A DNA stretch of 64,000 bases from a virus. Lineage: Duplodnaviria > Heunggongvirae > Uroviricota > Caudoviricetes. Positions 14,901 to 22,184 of this stretch are shown piece after piece. The notes below the pieces were generated by a model. The model had not been told where the DNA came from. It ran no database searches and was given only the letters and a program-made list of their open reading frames with translations. The position numbers were made by a program, and so were the translations under genes. The stretch lies in the IMG/VR virus record IMGVR_UViG_3300025896_000021; one strand, 5' to 3'. How positions within the stretch are numbered: the first letter of the stretch is position 1; every line of letters begins with the position of its first letter.

Positions 14901-17900
14901 TAGTGGTTACTCTGAACTATAAACCAAGTACATTGAAACCAGGCCAGATCAAGGGTTTGAGAATGTATTTCTATCGTCATTTTGAACCATATGTATATGA
15001 TGATACTGGTACATCATTTACTGGATCTATTTCTGGTACTACATTGACCGTGACTGCTATAGTAGGGTCTAGTACGACATTAAGTATAGGTGATCATGTA
15101 TATGGTAGAGGAGTATACTTTAAAGGTGCCGGGACAACTATCACCGGCTTTGTGACCGGAACCGGTCGCTTAGGTACATACACTGTTACTCCTAGTCAAA
15201 CTGTCGCCTCAACTGATATGAATACAGGCGGCGGTGCGGTGATTGAAGTGTATCGTCCTAGATTCAATCCAGTGTCAATCACTAATCAATACTTTATTAA
15301 GATTCTAAACTATGGTTGGAAGTATATTGATGATGATCAAATATTGTTATCTGGTGCATTACTAGGTGGAACCGCCGGAACGAATGACGCTAGCATTAAC
15401 ATTCGATATGCCGGAGATTTTGGACAGATTCAAATTGCGTCTATCACCGGTGTATCTAATGGTGGATTCAAACAATACTATGTCATGCCAGTGAGTGCAA
15501 CGCAGATCAAATTGTTTGTTGATACTAAGTTGACTATTCCTGTATTGTCTGCGGATTATACTTTCACTAATACAGTGACTGACTTTGCATTCATACCGGA
15601 ACCATTGTCATCAGGCGGCGGATATAAGTACACCGTAACTGCTATTGTCTCTTATGACAATAGAGTATGGCGTTGCTTGATTAGTAACAGTGATGATTAT
15701 TTTGACTTTGCTAAGTGGGAAGTAATTCCTAGTGATAGCAGATTACTAAACGCACTAGATAGAACTATGGGTTACTATAAACCTACAGTAGATATGCCGG
15801 CCAAAGATGTACGTCAATTGTTTACTGGTACTACATTCCCTAATGCAGTTTACTATGGTAACAGCTTTGCTCCCGGAGATGAATTACCTCTAGATGTTGT
15901 ATTGAAGGATCAAATCTTCTATCCTAGAGACACTGATATTAAAGCAATTATATTTGATGGTACTTCATACGTAGCTGTAGGAGAAACTGCCACTCACTCT
16001 GTTGCATTAATCAGTGATGACGGAACTAACTGGCGCGTCATTAAATTATCAGATCAAAACTTGGGAGTTACTGACATTGTATACTCTGGAATTTACTATG
16101 TAATTTCAACTACGACAATTGCGACACCGGTATTATTAAGTGATGATAAAGTTAATTGGTCAACATTAGGTTCAAACGTAGCATATGACTTTACGCCGTA
16201 TGGTTATACTGGATTCGACTCACTCGCATTAACCGTGCCTAGTGAAGAAATGTATTCATTGACATATGCGAACGATAAGTTTTTTGCTATTGGTAAAGAC
16301 ATTGTTTCAAGTGACGACGGTATTACTTGGAACATAGTGTTCAGTTTTGGTAGCGAATTAGACAACCAAATTAAAAACTTGCGCTATGTAAATTCTACCA
16401 ACTTTGTTGGTTATATTGCTGTAGGTGGTGGCTATCAAGTCGTAGAAGGCGCCGGCACATCTTCTCCGGTGGTAGAATATAGAGCAAGAATCATCACTGA
16501 AGTCGATTCAGTTTGGAATACTTTCAATCCATCATTCACTGGTAATCAAATGAACACTGTTATCGCATCTAGTGATATCATTGTAGTCGCTGGCGCAAAC
16601 GGAGAAATTTGGAATAGCATTAATACTCGTAACTGGATCATGTCAAGTGTCTCCGGTGGAACAGTAACCGCTACATTACGTGACAGTTCATACGGTAACA
16701 ATATATTTGTTATCGTCGGTGATGCTGGAACAATTCTAAAATCAGTTGATGGCATTTCATGGGGAGTAATTGCAAGCCCGATCTCATTCGACTTGACGGG
16801 TATTACTTTTGATGGTACGTACTTCTATGCGGTTGGTAATAACGGTGTTATTATTCGTAGTACGAACGGAAGTGCTTGGCAAGATATTTCCTTCATCACA
16901 ACTGATAAAGCATTATATGATATCAAGGGTAGCGAGTACTTGTCAGGGTATGGTCCTGAAGAACTAGTGCCAGGCATCATCAGTGACACGTTATCAATGA
17001 AGGTTACGACTCGTCCTGGATCATATTGGGATAACGATACGTTCACTCAATCATTCTTGTATGGAAATACTGGATTCAATATTGTTTCTGAAATAGTTAC
17101 ACCAACTGGAACTACTGCTAGCTTTGATAATTTAGTAGAAAATCCTGCACAACTTTCAGTGTTCATTGTGGACAGTATTACTAAGTTAGGTAATCGTATC
17201 TATGAAAATTACGGGTATGCTCTTAACTGGATCACTAAGACGATTACATTGTCTACTGCTCTAGTTGCTGGTAAGTCATTATTAGTTGAAGTATACGAAG
17301 TTGGTAATGGTCGTCAGTTAGTAAGAAGCAATTCTCAACTAATGCCGGTGACCATTGATACTACTACCGGGCACTCACAAATAATATTGAATGAAAAAGC
17401 ACAGAACTTAAGTGCTTCAATCATATATCGCAACGGAACAAAATTGGTAAACAACACTGATTATCAAATTGTTACGGTAGCTAACTACATGAAAGTTCTG
17501 TTTAGTACTACATATGACTTATCAGTAGACTATCTATCATTTGCAATTTTAGGTACTGCATTGTCTGAATACAACGCAAATGAATATAGTTATAGCATTC
17601 CAGAGACACAGGTGTTTGTATATACTAGCAGTAATGTGTTCACCTTAACTAATTCGTTAGGTGGCAATAACAATGTTAATGCTATTGTAGAATTGAATGG
17701 TCTACGTCTATTGAGTTCTCAGTATTCTATTAATACTTCTGCCAAGACGTTGACTGTTACTGCGGCATTGGTTGCAACTAATATAGTTGCAACTAATATA
17801 GTTGCTATCACTACGTTTAATGATACACAGCGCCAGTACTTAACTACTGATTCATCAACTAATATGGAGGTAACTGCAATCAATACAATTGACACTACTC

Positions 17901-18811
17901 AAGCAGGCGCGGTTCTAGTACTGACTACTAATCTTGGGTTAGTTGATGCAGATACCGTGCAAGTTAATGGTATTATTGGGGCTGATCAACTGAACGGTCG
18001 TGCATATTATGTACAAGTTGGATCCCCTTATGTGATAGACGCAATTACATACTACCAATATGTTCTGTTCAATGATGCTGCATTAACTGATCCTATCTTG
18101 AGTAATAACGTCAACATGTACATCAGCGGTGGATTTGTTTGTAAGACAAGCTCATTGATTGCGCTAACTCCAACTATCATTACTATTGCACTGGATAACT
18201 CAAGTTACACATTTACACCAACAGATTCTAATAGAATTTGGGTGACTGTTAATGGAAAAAGACTTGACTCACATCAAGTTAGTATCGTAGATGATAATGG
18301 TACATCACGTCTAAACGTGCTAGCACCAGTAGCTACTGGGGATATAGTTATTGCAACTTCTATGGTTTCCGGCGGTACTCCAAACGCAACAGCTTACGGT
18401 ATAACCATCAGCAAGCAAGGTTTTGGAACTATCAGCAACATGAGTGTTAAAAATAGAACTTGGTTAACTGAAGCACTGTATATGTCACAAGATATAATAC
18501 ATTTCAATGATGTATCAAAAATAGTAGATTCTACTACCAAGATGCTGAACTTACACGGTGAGCGAATCAGATTTACTACTGTGGATTATGTAGCAAATAC
18601 GGTGTCAGGATTGACACGCGGGGTAGAAGGTACTGGTATTATATCTGTCCACTTGGCCTACAGCTATGTATATGGAATATCTGCTGCGAAGACGCTAGAT
18701 TCTTCATATTTCTTCAAGAGTTGGAATACTAAGAACTATACTAGCAGAGGTGATCCTATCCAGTTGAGTAATTCGTATCCTGTAGAATTCTTAGAATTAG
18801 GTATAAATTAA
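2957..18811 (+). CDS. Giant (5284 aa) virion structural protein, baseplate/tail associated, with beta-propeller-type repeats
   Basis: Uninterrupted 15.8-kb ORF after the wedge gene; T/S/N/Y/V-rich; FG-GAP-like repeats (FGSAVA, LGDSLALSGDG, FAWSLDC, FGYKVKF) and Asp-box/BNR motifs (SDDGTNW, SDDGITW, SVDGISW, STNGSAW). Confidence 0.7.
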   Translation: MSKRVRTIDFLPEIFKTDTNNQFLSATLDQLVQPPNFSKIQGYVGSKFGYGVNATDGYVAEPTKTRKDYQLEPAVVFKKKDTQVAIDAITYPELIDALHIEGAATDNHHKLFTNEFYSWDSFADLDKLINYSQYYWLPQGPEPVNISDSTMYKSGAFTMLSNNVVYDITSDLYKFDVSNPTLTLVRGGSYTFIVNQNSEFYIQTQPGITGYEKLRTNISTREVYGVDVNGLANGTVTFDVPLANAQDENNYPGNNPVDLVVSMAIGDLHGKKVSDINNIDGVTSLDGKRIVFYGTQPGVQSYLGDFYGEFGFDVDDPARVVPTTTEVTQTAGSVTDFDEETFDSDPMNYTRHVITCLSTKDFSVNSVVTFSGIPFGGLTEGTVYYIESILSDTTFTVSTSLYGTAVELTDATTNENGKLFLTVHDGGFEEGSLTTVNDNFYTIKYIGDELDPIISVYEDGVIPNDQTILINYGTKYVTRHFVRNAYGEILLVPLITANLDKLYYQAGANPDQYGTIKLIDATSLSGIDISEIIGKKTYTSPNGVQFTNGLKVKFNGTVVPTQYTTDQYYVEGVGTSIALLPVSEQLVPEPFGQGFFAPFDQVSYDTDAYGNALLVPADSDYLTINRNSNSQNAWSRSNRWFHIDALNTVLANNDNSPMVKAALASTTARAKRPIIEYYANLKLFNSGTNGKAPVDYLNFTVTDALNQVAGKTAFFPDGSANELFDGARIIFANDSNIEVRNKIFVCNFSKVSPDQVPTITLSRAYDGDVAYNDQTVIVKGDQYQGKSYYFDGSTWSVAQLKKYVNQYPKFDVFDKNGISFGDIEYYPGSDFTGSTLFEYQPSSGVNDPILNFPIKYSSITNIGDISFDVSLNSQTFNYVYNSQSITTPINTGYVHTYSTNTLYDRHIGWQTAVEPTFQYQVFNLTYLGSDIVCDIPVKAVADTEWPVITVYVDNQRTTDYTYTTSDSTTTVTLNTPPTVGTPIEVLLFSDSVSKIAYYQIPSNFDHNPFNEQVTTVNLGDLRGHYKSICNNIKTLIGSAFGPNNFRDLGNIVPYGTRIVQSSASLVAPAIFLKSSNNNIFNALSFNAKEYTKYKAVLIDTVDRSDYNPLQSNSDILDDALDQISGTKSDASSFFWSDMLPSKGASTTKTYNFKSGVDSSVYPLTMIYDYTTANYNGVLVYLTRKIDGVSRNIQLVKDIDYTVSAVAKSLSISKYLIPNDSITVKEYAQTYGSYVPNTPTKIGLYPAYMPEVFQDASFITPTYFIRGHDGSYTKLYGDYNGGFLEDFRDRALLEFETRIYNNLKVVAKIPLQYDDIFPGQFRTTDYTFDELNAVYSSQFLNWVGTNRVDYKSQYYDATNEFTWNYSKSISKLTNTKLQQGNWRGVFYWLYDTSHPDTRPWEILGINNKPSWWDARYGAAPYTSDNILLWTDISNGSIWNNGDSYINAKRVRPGLLDVLPVDSNGKLVSPFTNVVNSYDVNTFNNEWTIGDMSPTEYSYRKSSMWPFDLMRMYALTKPAQFFSLGIDLDIYQYNYEFNQYLVNDRLRQPPSDLLVYGASADTAAHSYLNWIVDYLNQFGIDGSQQVTDYFNNTDVRLTYRMAGFSDKDLLKFFAEKGSPNSKNNSLLIPDESYNIILYENQPYSTIVYSSIIIQKTKFGFRVYGNSQDKAYFVISDANLNGIYSTVTINDYSISVPTKFRDTTTYISYGTEFATVESLAQFVSSYGNYLVTQGVKFNNIENALELNWNQMIAELLYWSLSGWEDGSIVNLNPNANSITITTDIGIVQPLTLYQENYILNQNLIPIPLNDLGITRLDTTFTATALNQGDSLSFMRCKVSGVEHIVVFDNTTVFNDTMFNLVTGLRQQRIYVKGTKTAEWTGQMNAAGFIINQDNIQEWVSNQKYNKGSIVKYKNEYWIANRVTVVPVSKFNTDEWNKTSYDSIQKGLLPNPSTRAYESTLYYNTNAANLKNEADLLSFSLIGYRPRNYLAEANLDDTTQVNIYKNMISSKGTRNAFDALIGANLQQSSLTYDFYENWAIKTSNYGGVLNKNFIEFTLDESQLLGNPATVGIVHGETVDNVQQLVQLYDLKNYGYTINNTNILPTISSTTDSKLPSAGYVNLDDVLYTGYYVDNLDNASISNLYKNDYVWIADKIGEWKVYTPIPTVARLTNVVNNLNNTATFTFTYHHDLAVNDIIGIIDYDYRVNGYYTVVSVNSLTSIVVSLTLDSGVTSINSNKSNIMFKFYNQRVTSAKDISTLELLNADYVKNKVWVDKNQNGEWSVLRKTNNYEYTNFIKPGNTIEFGSAVAYTEKLGYFVSDPANSKVHRFVETSSGNSQYALVDTITHGQGYGTAMVKNDDIMIISQPDPFGDLSILYVYRMVKTDRITSLVEEQILAVAGFRLGDSLALSGDGELFYASVIDLNAIIEFQRSADYSYYNIGAVLKSAVTPGSTSFELYGNIPNLVPGRYITFTNFGYDDKYTVVTSKYNSSTDSTTVYLSEAVLYSVSTGSAVYRASVSYFILGAISSEGLANGSDLFSSSLATNYDGSKLFVGSPQSDFSQQLLDSGYAFVYDRLIENWEVITDSPGNSFTLFFLPWQPTPTSVVYINDVKLHPSYYVLISNLLVIGPILRAGDVVTVSSGNMVLVQELASYDLIEEIDPGAKFAWSLDCNTSGSELLIGSPFNLNQEEKEGAVFRYSNEGKHFGRITGILQCHLLEPASILINGYRVALPDPTMSAPGDAFYVANKINQAVITNVFAYATEDNRLVIRLRDVDLNPINNKLNLTVFNGNIMAELGIAMYLKTQVIYDPHAETRTQFGYKVKFNEQNSFIVSAPAAPRYMGTQFDFSNDENNHNDTVFDNNFTQWEDKYGDAGTVYMYDYIPSYNESLVTASNYVYSQTLPDQELAYGRQPYYGQSLDFIKNKVMIGTPNFKNGSINGRVTVYENNVGAANWAVYRESALVTDITKIQKVQIYNNITDVTVESLDYFDPQQGKLLGPIRENIDFITSVDPAGYNNTNAKGNMAWGKNQIGKIWFDVTTTKFINYHQNDVVYNSKYWGNVFPGSTVTVYSWIESDVMPAFYIGTGQPYNFGNYSLGFETDASGNLSTRYYYWVRNTDTLFGLQGKTLTDTVIAQYIANPQSSGIAYFAALSPSVYSLYNVRDFIYSKNTNLHIGFSTNDIDIPNHSEYQLIRNGYANDFLRGVPDNINYVEPAGLYNKFLNSFAGVDEIGQVLPNPNLPKLLQIGIGTRPNQSLFINRFSALENYLQYANTVMKTYPINELSTITFLNTYGDSFDTRKYWQNIYWWADGYSSTTKTAFEVATYYDLLKVTAKEELIVGVSMNSQGNREVYKYITSSWVRIGLEDGTIEFLQTLWDYENNRIGFGDVFFDTVSFDAYPSIETKYIVRALNEQIYVGPLTIYKNKSLILMFEYIQSENVESQNYLPWLNKTSLADVSYNIRSLLPYQKYQSDNTNLLEGYLNEVKPYHVVLKEFSFKYDGIDTFDGNITDFDLPSKYNSTLKRFVSPQLSYSSSLSGGEYNSADAIWSSDAEYQSWISNYGLKLIAKKNQVVARLVKYVNTISQSLYVDNARGLPAAGIITIGGELIAYSKVDRNRGKLSGLSRGMSNTKVTTHLPDTSVYADLPSVIVLDTGRGYIDPPIVKAYIDTSKYPAPTREAVLKAAMSGDKVIEVEVIDPGEGYAVAPEIIFQSAFETVFNESDINFQSNLLVLDPTDIVTGDLIKIIAGGNSDEAIISGYYYVTVLGFNSGSSGVNDKPVVSLHYNYRDSTVGEHKVVFKKITTALSYTLQMVPRAIAVTTSPLIRSINTTMRLDRTSYQTMIEEWKSGTYWPSPFNSLGNDASTDTSLSYGIPFTFEYNDGKNFQNSAYGAGVKFTVYNQTMLEMYAVTIEASGAGYTVGDTITVEGYYLDGVTGTNDCTITVTSIIGSYATGPIKTVTVLGTPYSQSGAGAQGALLPIMATETVEDAVVVTLNYKPSTLKPGQIKGLRMYFYRHFEPYVYDDTGTSFTGSISGTTLTVTAIVGSSTTLSIGDHVYGRGVYFKGAGTTITGFVTGTGRLGTYTVTPSQTVASTDMNTGGGAVIEVYRPRFNPVSITNQYFIKILNYGWKYIDDDQILLSGALLGGTAGTNDASINIRYAGDFGQIQIASITGVSNGGFKQYYVMPVSATQIKLFVDTKLTIPVLSADYTFTNTVTDFAFIPEPLSSGGGYKYTVTAIVSYDNRVWRCLISNSDDYFDFAKWEVIPSDSRLLNALDRTMGYYKPTVDMPAKDVRQLFTGTTFPNAVYYGNSFAPGDELPLDVVLKDQIFYPRDTDIKAIIFDGTSYVAVGETATHSVALISDDGTNWRVIKLSDQNLGVTDIVYSGIYYVISTTTIATPVLLSDDKVNWSTLGSNVAYDFTPYGYTGFDSLALTVPSEEMYSLTYANDKFFAIGKDIVSSDDGITWNIVFSFGSELDNQIKNLRYVNSTNFVGYIAVGGGYQVVEGAGTSSPVVEYRARIITEVDSVWNTFNPSFTGNQMNTVIASSDIIVVAGANGEIWNSINTRNWIMSSVSGGTVTATLRDSSYGNNIFVIVGDAGTILKSVDGISWGVIASPISFDLTGITFDGTYFYAVGNNGVIIRSTNGSAWQDISFITTDKALYDIKGSEYLSGYGPEELVPGIISDTLSMKVTTRPGSYWDNDTFTQSFLYGNTGFNIVSEIVTPTGTTASFDNLVENPAQLSVFIVDSITKLGNRIYENYGYALNWITKTITLSTALVAGKSLLVEVYEVGNGRQLVRSNSQLMPVTIDTTTGHSQIILNEKAQNLSASIIYRNGTKLVNNTDYQIVTVANYMKVLFSTTYDLSVDYLSFAILGTALSEYNANEYSYSIPETQVFVYTSSNVFTLTNSLGGNNNVNAIVELNGLRLLSSQYSINTSAKTLTVTAALVATNIVATNIVAITTFNDTQRQYLTTDSSTNMEVTAINTIDTTQAGAVLVLTTNLGLVDADTVQVNGIIGADQLNGRAYYVQVGSPYVIDAITYYQYVLFNDAALTDPILSNNVNMYISGGFVCKTSSLIALTPTIITIALDNSSYTFTPTDSNRIWVTVNGKRLDSHQVSIVDDNGTSRLNVLAPVATGDIVIATSMVSGGTPNATAYGITISKQGFGTISNMSVKNRTWLTEALYMSQDIIHFNDVSKIVDSTTKMLNLHGERIRFTTVDYVANTVSGLTRGVEGTGIISVHLAYSYVYGISAAKTLDSSYFFKSWNTKNYTSRGDPIQLSNSYPVEFLELGIN
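17771..17805 (+). repeat. 15-nt in-frame tandem duplication (VATNI x2)
   Basis: GTTGCAACTAATATA x2 followed by GTTGC. Confidence 0.9.
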
Positions 18812-18813
18812 AA

Positions 18814-18821
18814 GATAAATA
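18814..18821 (+). promoter_or_regulatory. T4-late-like promoter motif GATAAATA
   Basis: Intergenic TAAATA core that recurs before many genes in this window; similar to T4 late consensus TATAAATA. Confidence 0.65.
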
Positions 18822-18825
18822 AATT

Positions 18826-18981
18826 ATGAACGATAAACCCATTGATGTAGACGAAAACACTATAGACACTACCCCTGGTCCGACTCCAGACGAGCAGGGA
18901 GGGTTTATTTTTAGCTCAGTTCTGAAAATAACTGATCCTAATACAAAAGAGATTATATTACACATGCGAGGCGACGATTAA
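18826..18981 (+). CDS. Small hypothetical protein, 51 aa (not in ORF track): MNDKPIDVDENTIDTTPGPTPDEQGGFIFSSVLKITDPNTKEIILHMRGDD
   Basis: ATG 4 nt after the late motif; its TAA overlaps the next ATG (TAATG); fills the intergenic gap. Confidence 0.7.
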   Translation: MNDKPIDVDENTIDTTPGPTPDEQGGFIFSSVLKITDPNTKEIILHMRGDD

Positions 18982-19601
18982 TGTCAAAAGTAACGATTCC
19001 AATTCAAATTGAGGGTTTTCTGAAAGTATACGACCCTAATAGCGGGGAAGTGTTCTATGATGGACATAACGCCATCCACTATGAAAACATCAGTGTAGCT
19101 ATTGCAGATACATTGAGCAGTCGAGGATACGGAAGTATCATCAAAATGGCTTTTGGTAACGGCGGCGCAAGCGTTGACGAAACCGGAGTTATCACATATT
19201 TACCTACTAATACTATCGGTCAAAATGCTAGCTTGTATAACCAAACTTATACAAAGATTGTTGACGATACCAGCGTTTTAAACACTGATCCTACCCGCAA
19301 TAAAATGCTAGTAAGTCACACTACTGGCAAGGTTTATACTGATATTGTTATCGAGGCATTACTAGATTACGGCGAGCCTCCAGGCCAGTTAGCGTTCGAC
19401 AATGGAACTCAGCTAGAATCCGCATTTGTTTTTGACGAAATTGGATTATTAGCAGACTATGGAAGTGATGAGGCAGGCAATGAACTGACCAAATTACTAA
19501 CTCATGTCATTTTTCACCCGGTTCAAAAGAGTTTGAACAGACAAATCCAGATAGATTATACCGTTAGAATACAAAGTCTAACCAACTTAATCACAGTTTA
19601 A
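18981..19601 (+). CDS. Putative baseplate/tail structural protein
   Basis: 206-aa ORF in the tail module; FDEIGL and THVIFHPVQKSLNRQIQIDYTVRI resemble phage baseplate/tail-collar proteins. Confidence 0.55.
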   Translation: MSKVTIPIQIEGFLKVYDPNSGEVFYDGHNAIHYENISVAIADTLSSRGYGSIIKMAFGNGGASVDETGVITYLPTNTIGQNASLYNQTYTKIVDDTSVLNTDPTRNKMLVSHTTGKVYTDIVIEALLDYGEPPGQLAFDNGTQLESAFVFDEIGLLADYGSDEAGNELTKLLTHVIFHPVQKSLNRQIQIDYTVRIQSLTNLITV

Positions 19602-19609
19602 GATAAATA
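19602..19609 (+). promoter_or_regulatory. T4-late-like promoter motif GATAAATA
   Basis: Intergenic; followed by GGAG SD and ATG 19634. Confidence 0.65.
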
Positions 19610-19633
19610 TTACATAAAGCGGAGCAACATAGA

Positions 19634-20851
19634 ATGGCTTATACAATTATTAGAAGTAATGGAACGACACTGACTACAATTCAGGATGGAACCATTAACA
19701 CCACTAGCACTTCACTAGGATTACCTGGTAGAAATTACGCAGGGTACGGACAAACTTTAAACACTAACTTTGTCAGATTGACAGAGAATTTTGCGTATGA
19801 TACTCCACCAGCAAACCCCTTAAAAGGTCAGTTGTGGTATAACACTACCGCAGGGACATTAAACGTCTGCCCCACAGACGGCCTTACTACTATTTCAAGC
19901 TGGCTAACACTAGCTAGCACGAATTCAGGTGGTAATACTACTCTAGGAAACGTAGTCGTTACTGGTAACGTATCTGCAACTAATTTTATTGCATCTGACG
20001 CAATTGTCGGAGACACTATTACAGTTCGTTTAGCGACAGTATCAGATACACTATCCGCTGCGATAGCAACTATCACTAGCGCATCTATTCCAAGTTTAAA
20101 CACTCAAACAATCACTACCGGTAGTCAAACTACTTCAGGTGCATTGACTGGTAGTTGGACTGTATTGGGTAATAATGCTACTGGTGGTAATTCATTCAGT
20201 GTTACAGCAGGTAACATTGCATTCCCTTCAGCTAGCACACACGGTATTAAGTGTGACAAGTATATGTACGCAAACGGTGCAAACTTTAACCCATCAGGTA
20301 CATTCAATAGCTCAAATGTAAGTGACTATTTGACTGGAGCAAATAGCGTAGCTCAGTTTACTGGTAACATTGCCCCTGCTGGTATCACTACTAGTAGCAT
20401 TTCAGGCGGCGGCGCAATCAATGGTATCTGGACATTAGGTGTCGGTGCTCGTTTGCAAGCAACTTATGCTGACTTGGCCGAACGCTTCGCAGCCGATGCC
20501 GAATACGAGCCGGGAACAGTAGTTGAACTAGGTGGTGAAAAAGAAGTCACTGCGGTAGTAGCTGATCTATCTGACACAGTATTTGGTGTAGTAAGTAACA
20601 CTGCTGCTCTTATGATGAACAGTGTTGCAGGGGATGACAAAACTCATCCACCAATCGCTATGAGTGGGCGTGTTAATGTTAAAGTAACTGGCCCAGTTAA
20701 AAAAGGTGAACGACTTGTAAGCGCAGGCAATGGAATGGCACGTGCTGCACAGCCCGGCGAAATTACTGCTTTCAATACAATCGGACGAGCACTTGCAAAC
20801 AAACTAGATGATGGTGTAGGCAAAGTAGAAGCTGTCGTAACTATTATCTAA
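19634..20851 (+). CDS. Tail fibre/spike-like protein with probable C-terminal autocleaving chaperone domain
   Basis: T/G/S/A-rich body; PPANPLKGQLWYNT fibre motif; C-terminal YADLAERF...PPIAMSGRVNVKVTGPVKKGERLV typical of peptidase G2-like intramolecular chaperones. Confidence 0.65.
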   Translation: MAYTIIRSNGTTLTTIQDGTINTTSTSLGLPGRNYAGYGQTLNTNFVRLTENFAYDTPPANPLKGQLWYNTTAGTLNVCPTDGLTTISSWLTLASTNSGGNTTLGNVVVTGNVSATNFIASDAIVGDTITVRLATVSDTLSAAIATITSASIPSLNTQTITTGSQTTSGALTGSWTVLGNNATGGNSFSVTAGNIAFPSASTHGIKCDKYMYANGANFNPSGTFNSSNVSDYLTGANSVAQFTGNIAPAGITTSSISGGGAINGIWTLGVGARLQATYADLAERFAADAEYEPGTVVELGGEKEVTAVVADLSDTVFGVVSNTAALMMNSVAGDDKTHPPIAMSGRVNVKVTGPVKKGERLVSAGNGMARAAQPGEITAFNTIGRALANKLDDGVGKVEAVVTII

Positions 20852-20860
20852 GGATTCGTA

Positions 20861-21832
20861 ATGGCATATTCAAAATATGGTAAAATAGAAGCCAAAGACT
20901 TCAATGATGATATTAAAGGTAGTACAACTAGTACTGCATCAACTAATATCAATTCAGTGTGGTCTGTTGGCAATAGTAAGGGTGGGTACGGTCAAACGGC
21001 AGTACCGAGTATCACTGTTACTGGAAAAGTTACTGCTACTGAATGGGCTGCTATAATTTCTACAGTTGCTAACACTGCAAGTCATCAGGGCACCCCTATC
21101 ACTGCTATCACTGCACCTACGACAGGTAGTCCTGTAGTATATTATGCTGCGTTACCGGTTAACATTACTAACGTGTATGCTGGTAAAAATAATGCAGCGG
21201 CACAAGGTTCTTCGATAACAGGTACTGTTACCAATGCTACCACTTGGTACAATGCTATAACATTTACGCAAACTGTTACTTTTGCGTCGGGGGATGCGGC
21301 ACGATATTTCTTTAATGCCGGCGGTCAGATTGCGCTAACCTTTGCTCATCCTACTGGAAGCGGCATTAATGGATTATTCAACGCATTGGGTACTTCATGT
21401 GGTACTATAGTTGTTAGTAGTCCTAATACAGGCACTGCTACGATTGCTGCTACTAATTATAATGGTATAACCAAAGTCGGCGGAGCTGGAACAGTAACTA
21501 CTTTATTACCAAACGTTGGCTACTGGGGTCTAACTACTACTAACCAAGAAGTGTTCAAGCAGTTTGGCGGCTCATTTACTAATCCTATCCCAGGTGGCGG
21601 CACATACAGTCAGAACTTTTTGTCAGTAAACGTTAAAACAAATGGCGCTCAAGGAAGTAACGGTGATAATGGATCAATTATTACAATCACTACTACTTGG
21701 GATGAAGTACCTAATGGATTGGTAGCATCTGCTGGTACTGCGGTAACAGCAACCGTCAAGCCACCGTCAACTACTTACATCACAAACACTTGGGGAACTC
21801 CGGCAATTGCTGGATCAGTCACTGGCCAGTAA
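20861..21832 (+). CDS. Putative tail/virion structural protein
   Basis: T/G/A-rich 323-aa ORF in the tail module; AAGGA SD. Confidence 0.55.
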   Translation: MAYSKYGKIEAKDFNDDIKGSTTSTASTNINSVWSVGNSKGGYGQTAVPSITVTGKVTATEWAAIISTVANTASHQGTPITAITAPTTGSPVVYYAALPVNITNVYAGKNNAAAQGSSITGTVTNATTWYNAITFTQTVTFASGDAARYFFNAGGQIALTFAHPTGSGINGLFNALGTSCGTIVVSSPNTGTATIAATNYNGITKVGGAGTVTTLLPNVGYWGLTTTNQEVFKQFGGSFTNPIPGGGTYSQNFLSVNVKTNGAQGSNGDNGSIITITTTWDEVPNGLVASAGTAVTATVKPPSTTYITNTWGTPAIAGSVTGQ

Positions 21833-21855
21833 AATAAAGCATGTGTTAGTATCCA

Positions 21856-21863
21856 TCTAAATA
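21856..21863 (+). promoter_or_regulatory. Late-like promoter motif TCTAAATA heading the glycan-enzyme operon
   Basis: TAAATA core; AGGAG SD follows. Confidence 0.55.
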
Positions 21864-21878
21864 CTCGTAGGAGTGTTC

Positions 21879-22184
21879 ATGGATACTAAACAACTTATCA
21901 CCGAAGCAAAAGCTCGCTTCAATCACAACTCAGCAAAAGCATATCTAAAAGACAAATACGAAAGTAAGTTGTCCGTCGCCGATCAGGGTGGTTTATGGGT
22001 AGCTACAGTAGAACTAATCTCGTTCTTAACCATCAGCACCATGGATCATGTAGTCTTGTTAGATACATATTCTAATCCTGTCAAAGTAAATAGGGCAGCG
22101 TTACTCACCAAACTAGACAAAACTTATACCTATGTTATGGATCAATGGCATACTGAATGGGCAGCACTAGAGAAGAAGCGATGA
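21879..22184 (+). CDS. Hypothetical protein (~101 aa)
   Basis: AGGAG SD before ATG 21879; stop overlaps the next start (ATGA). Confidence 0.7.
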   Translation: MDTKQLITEAKARFNHNSAKAYLKDKYESKLSVADQGGLWVATVELISFLTISTMDHVVLLDTYSNPVKVNRAALLTKLDKTYTYVMDQWHTEWAALEKKR

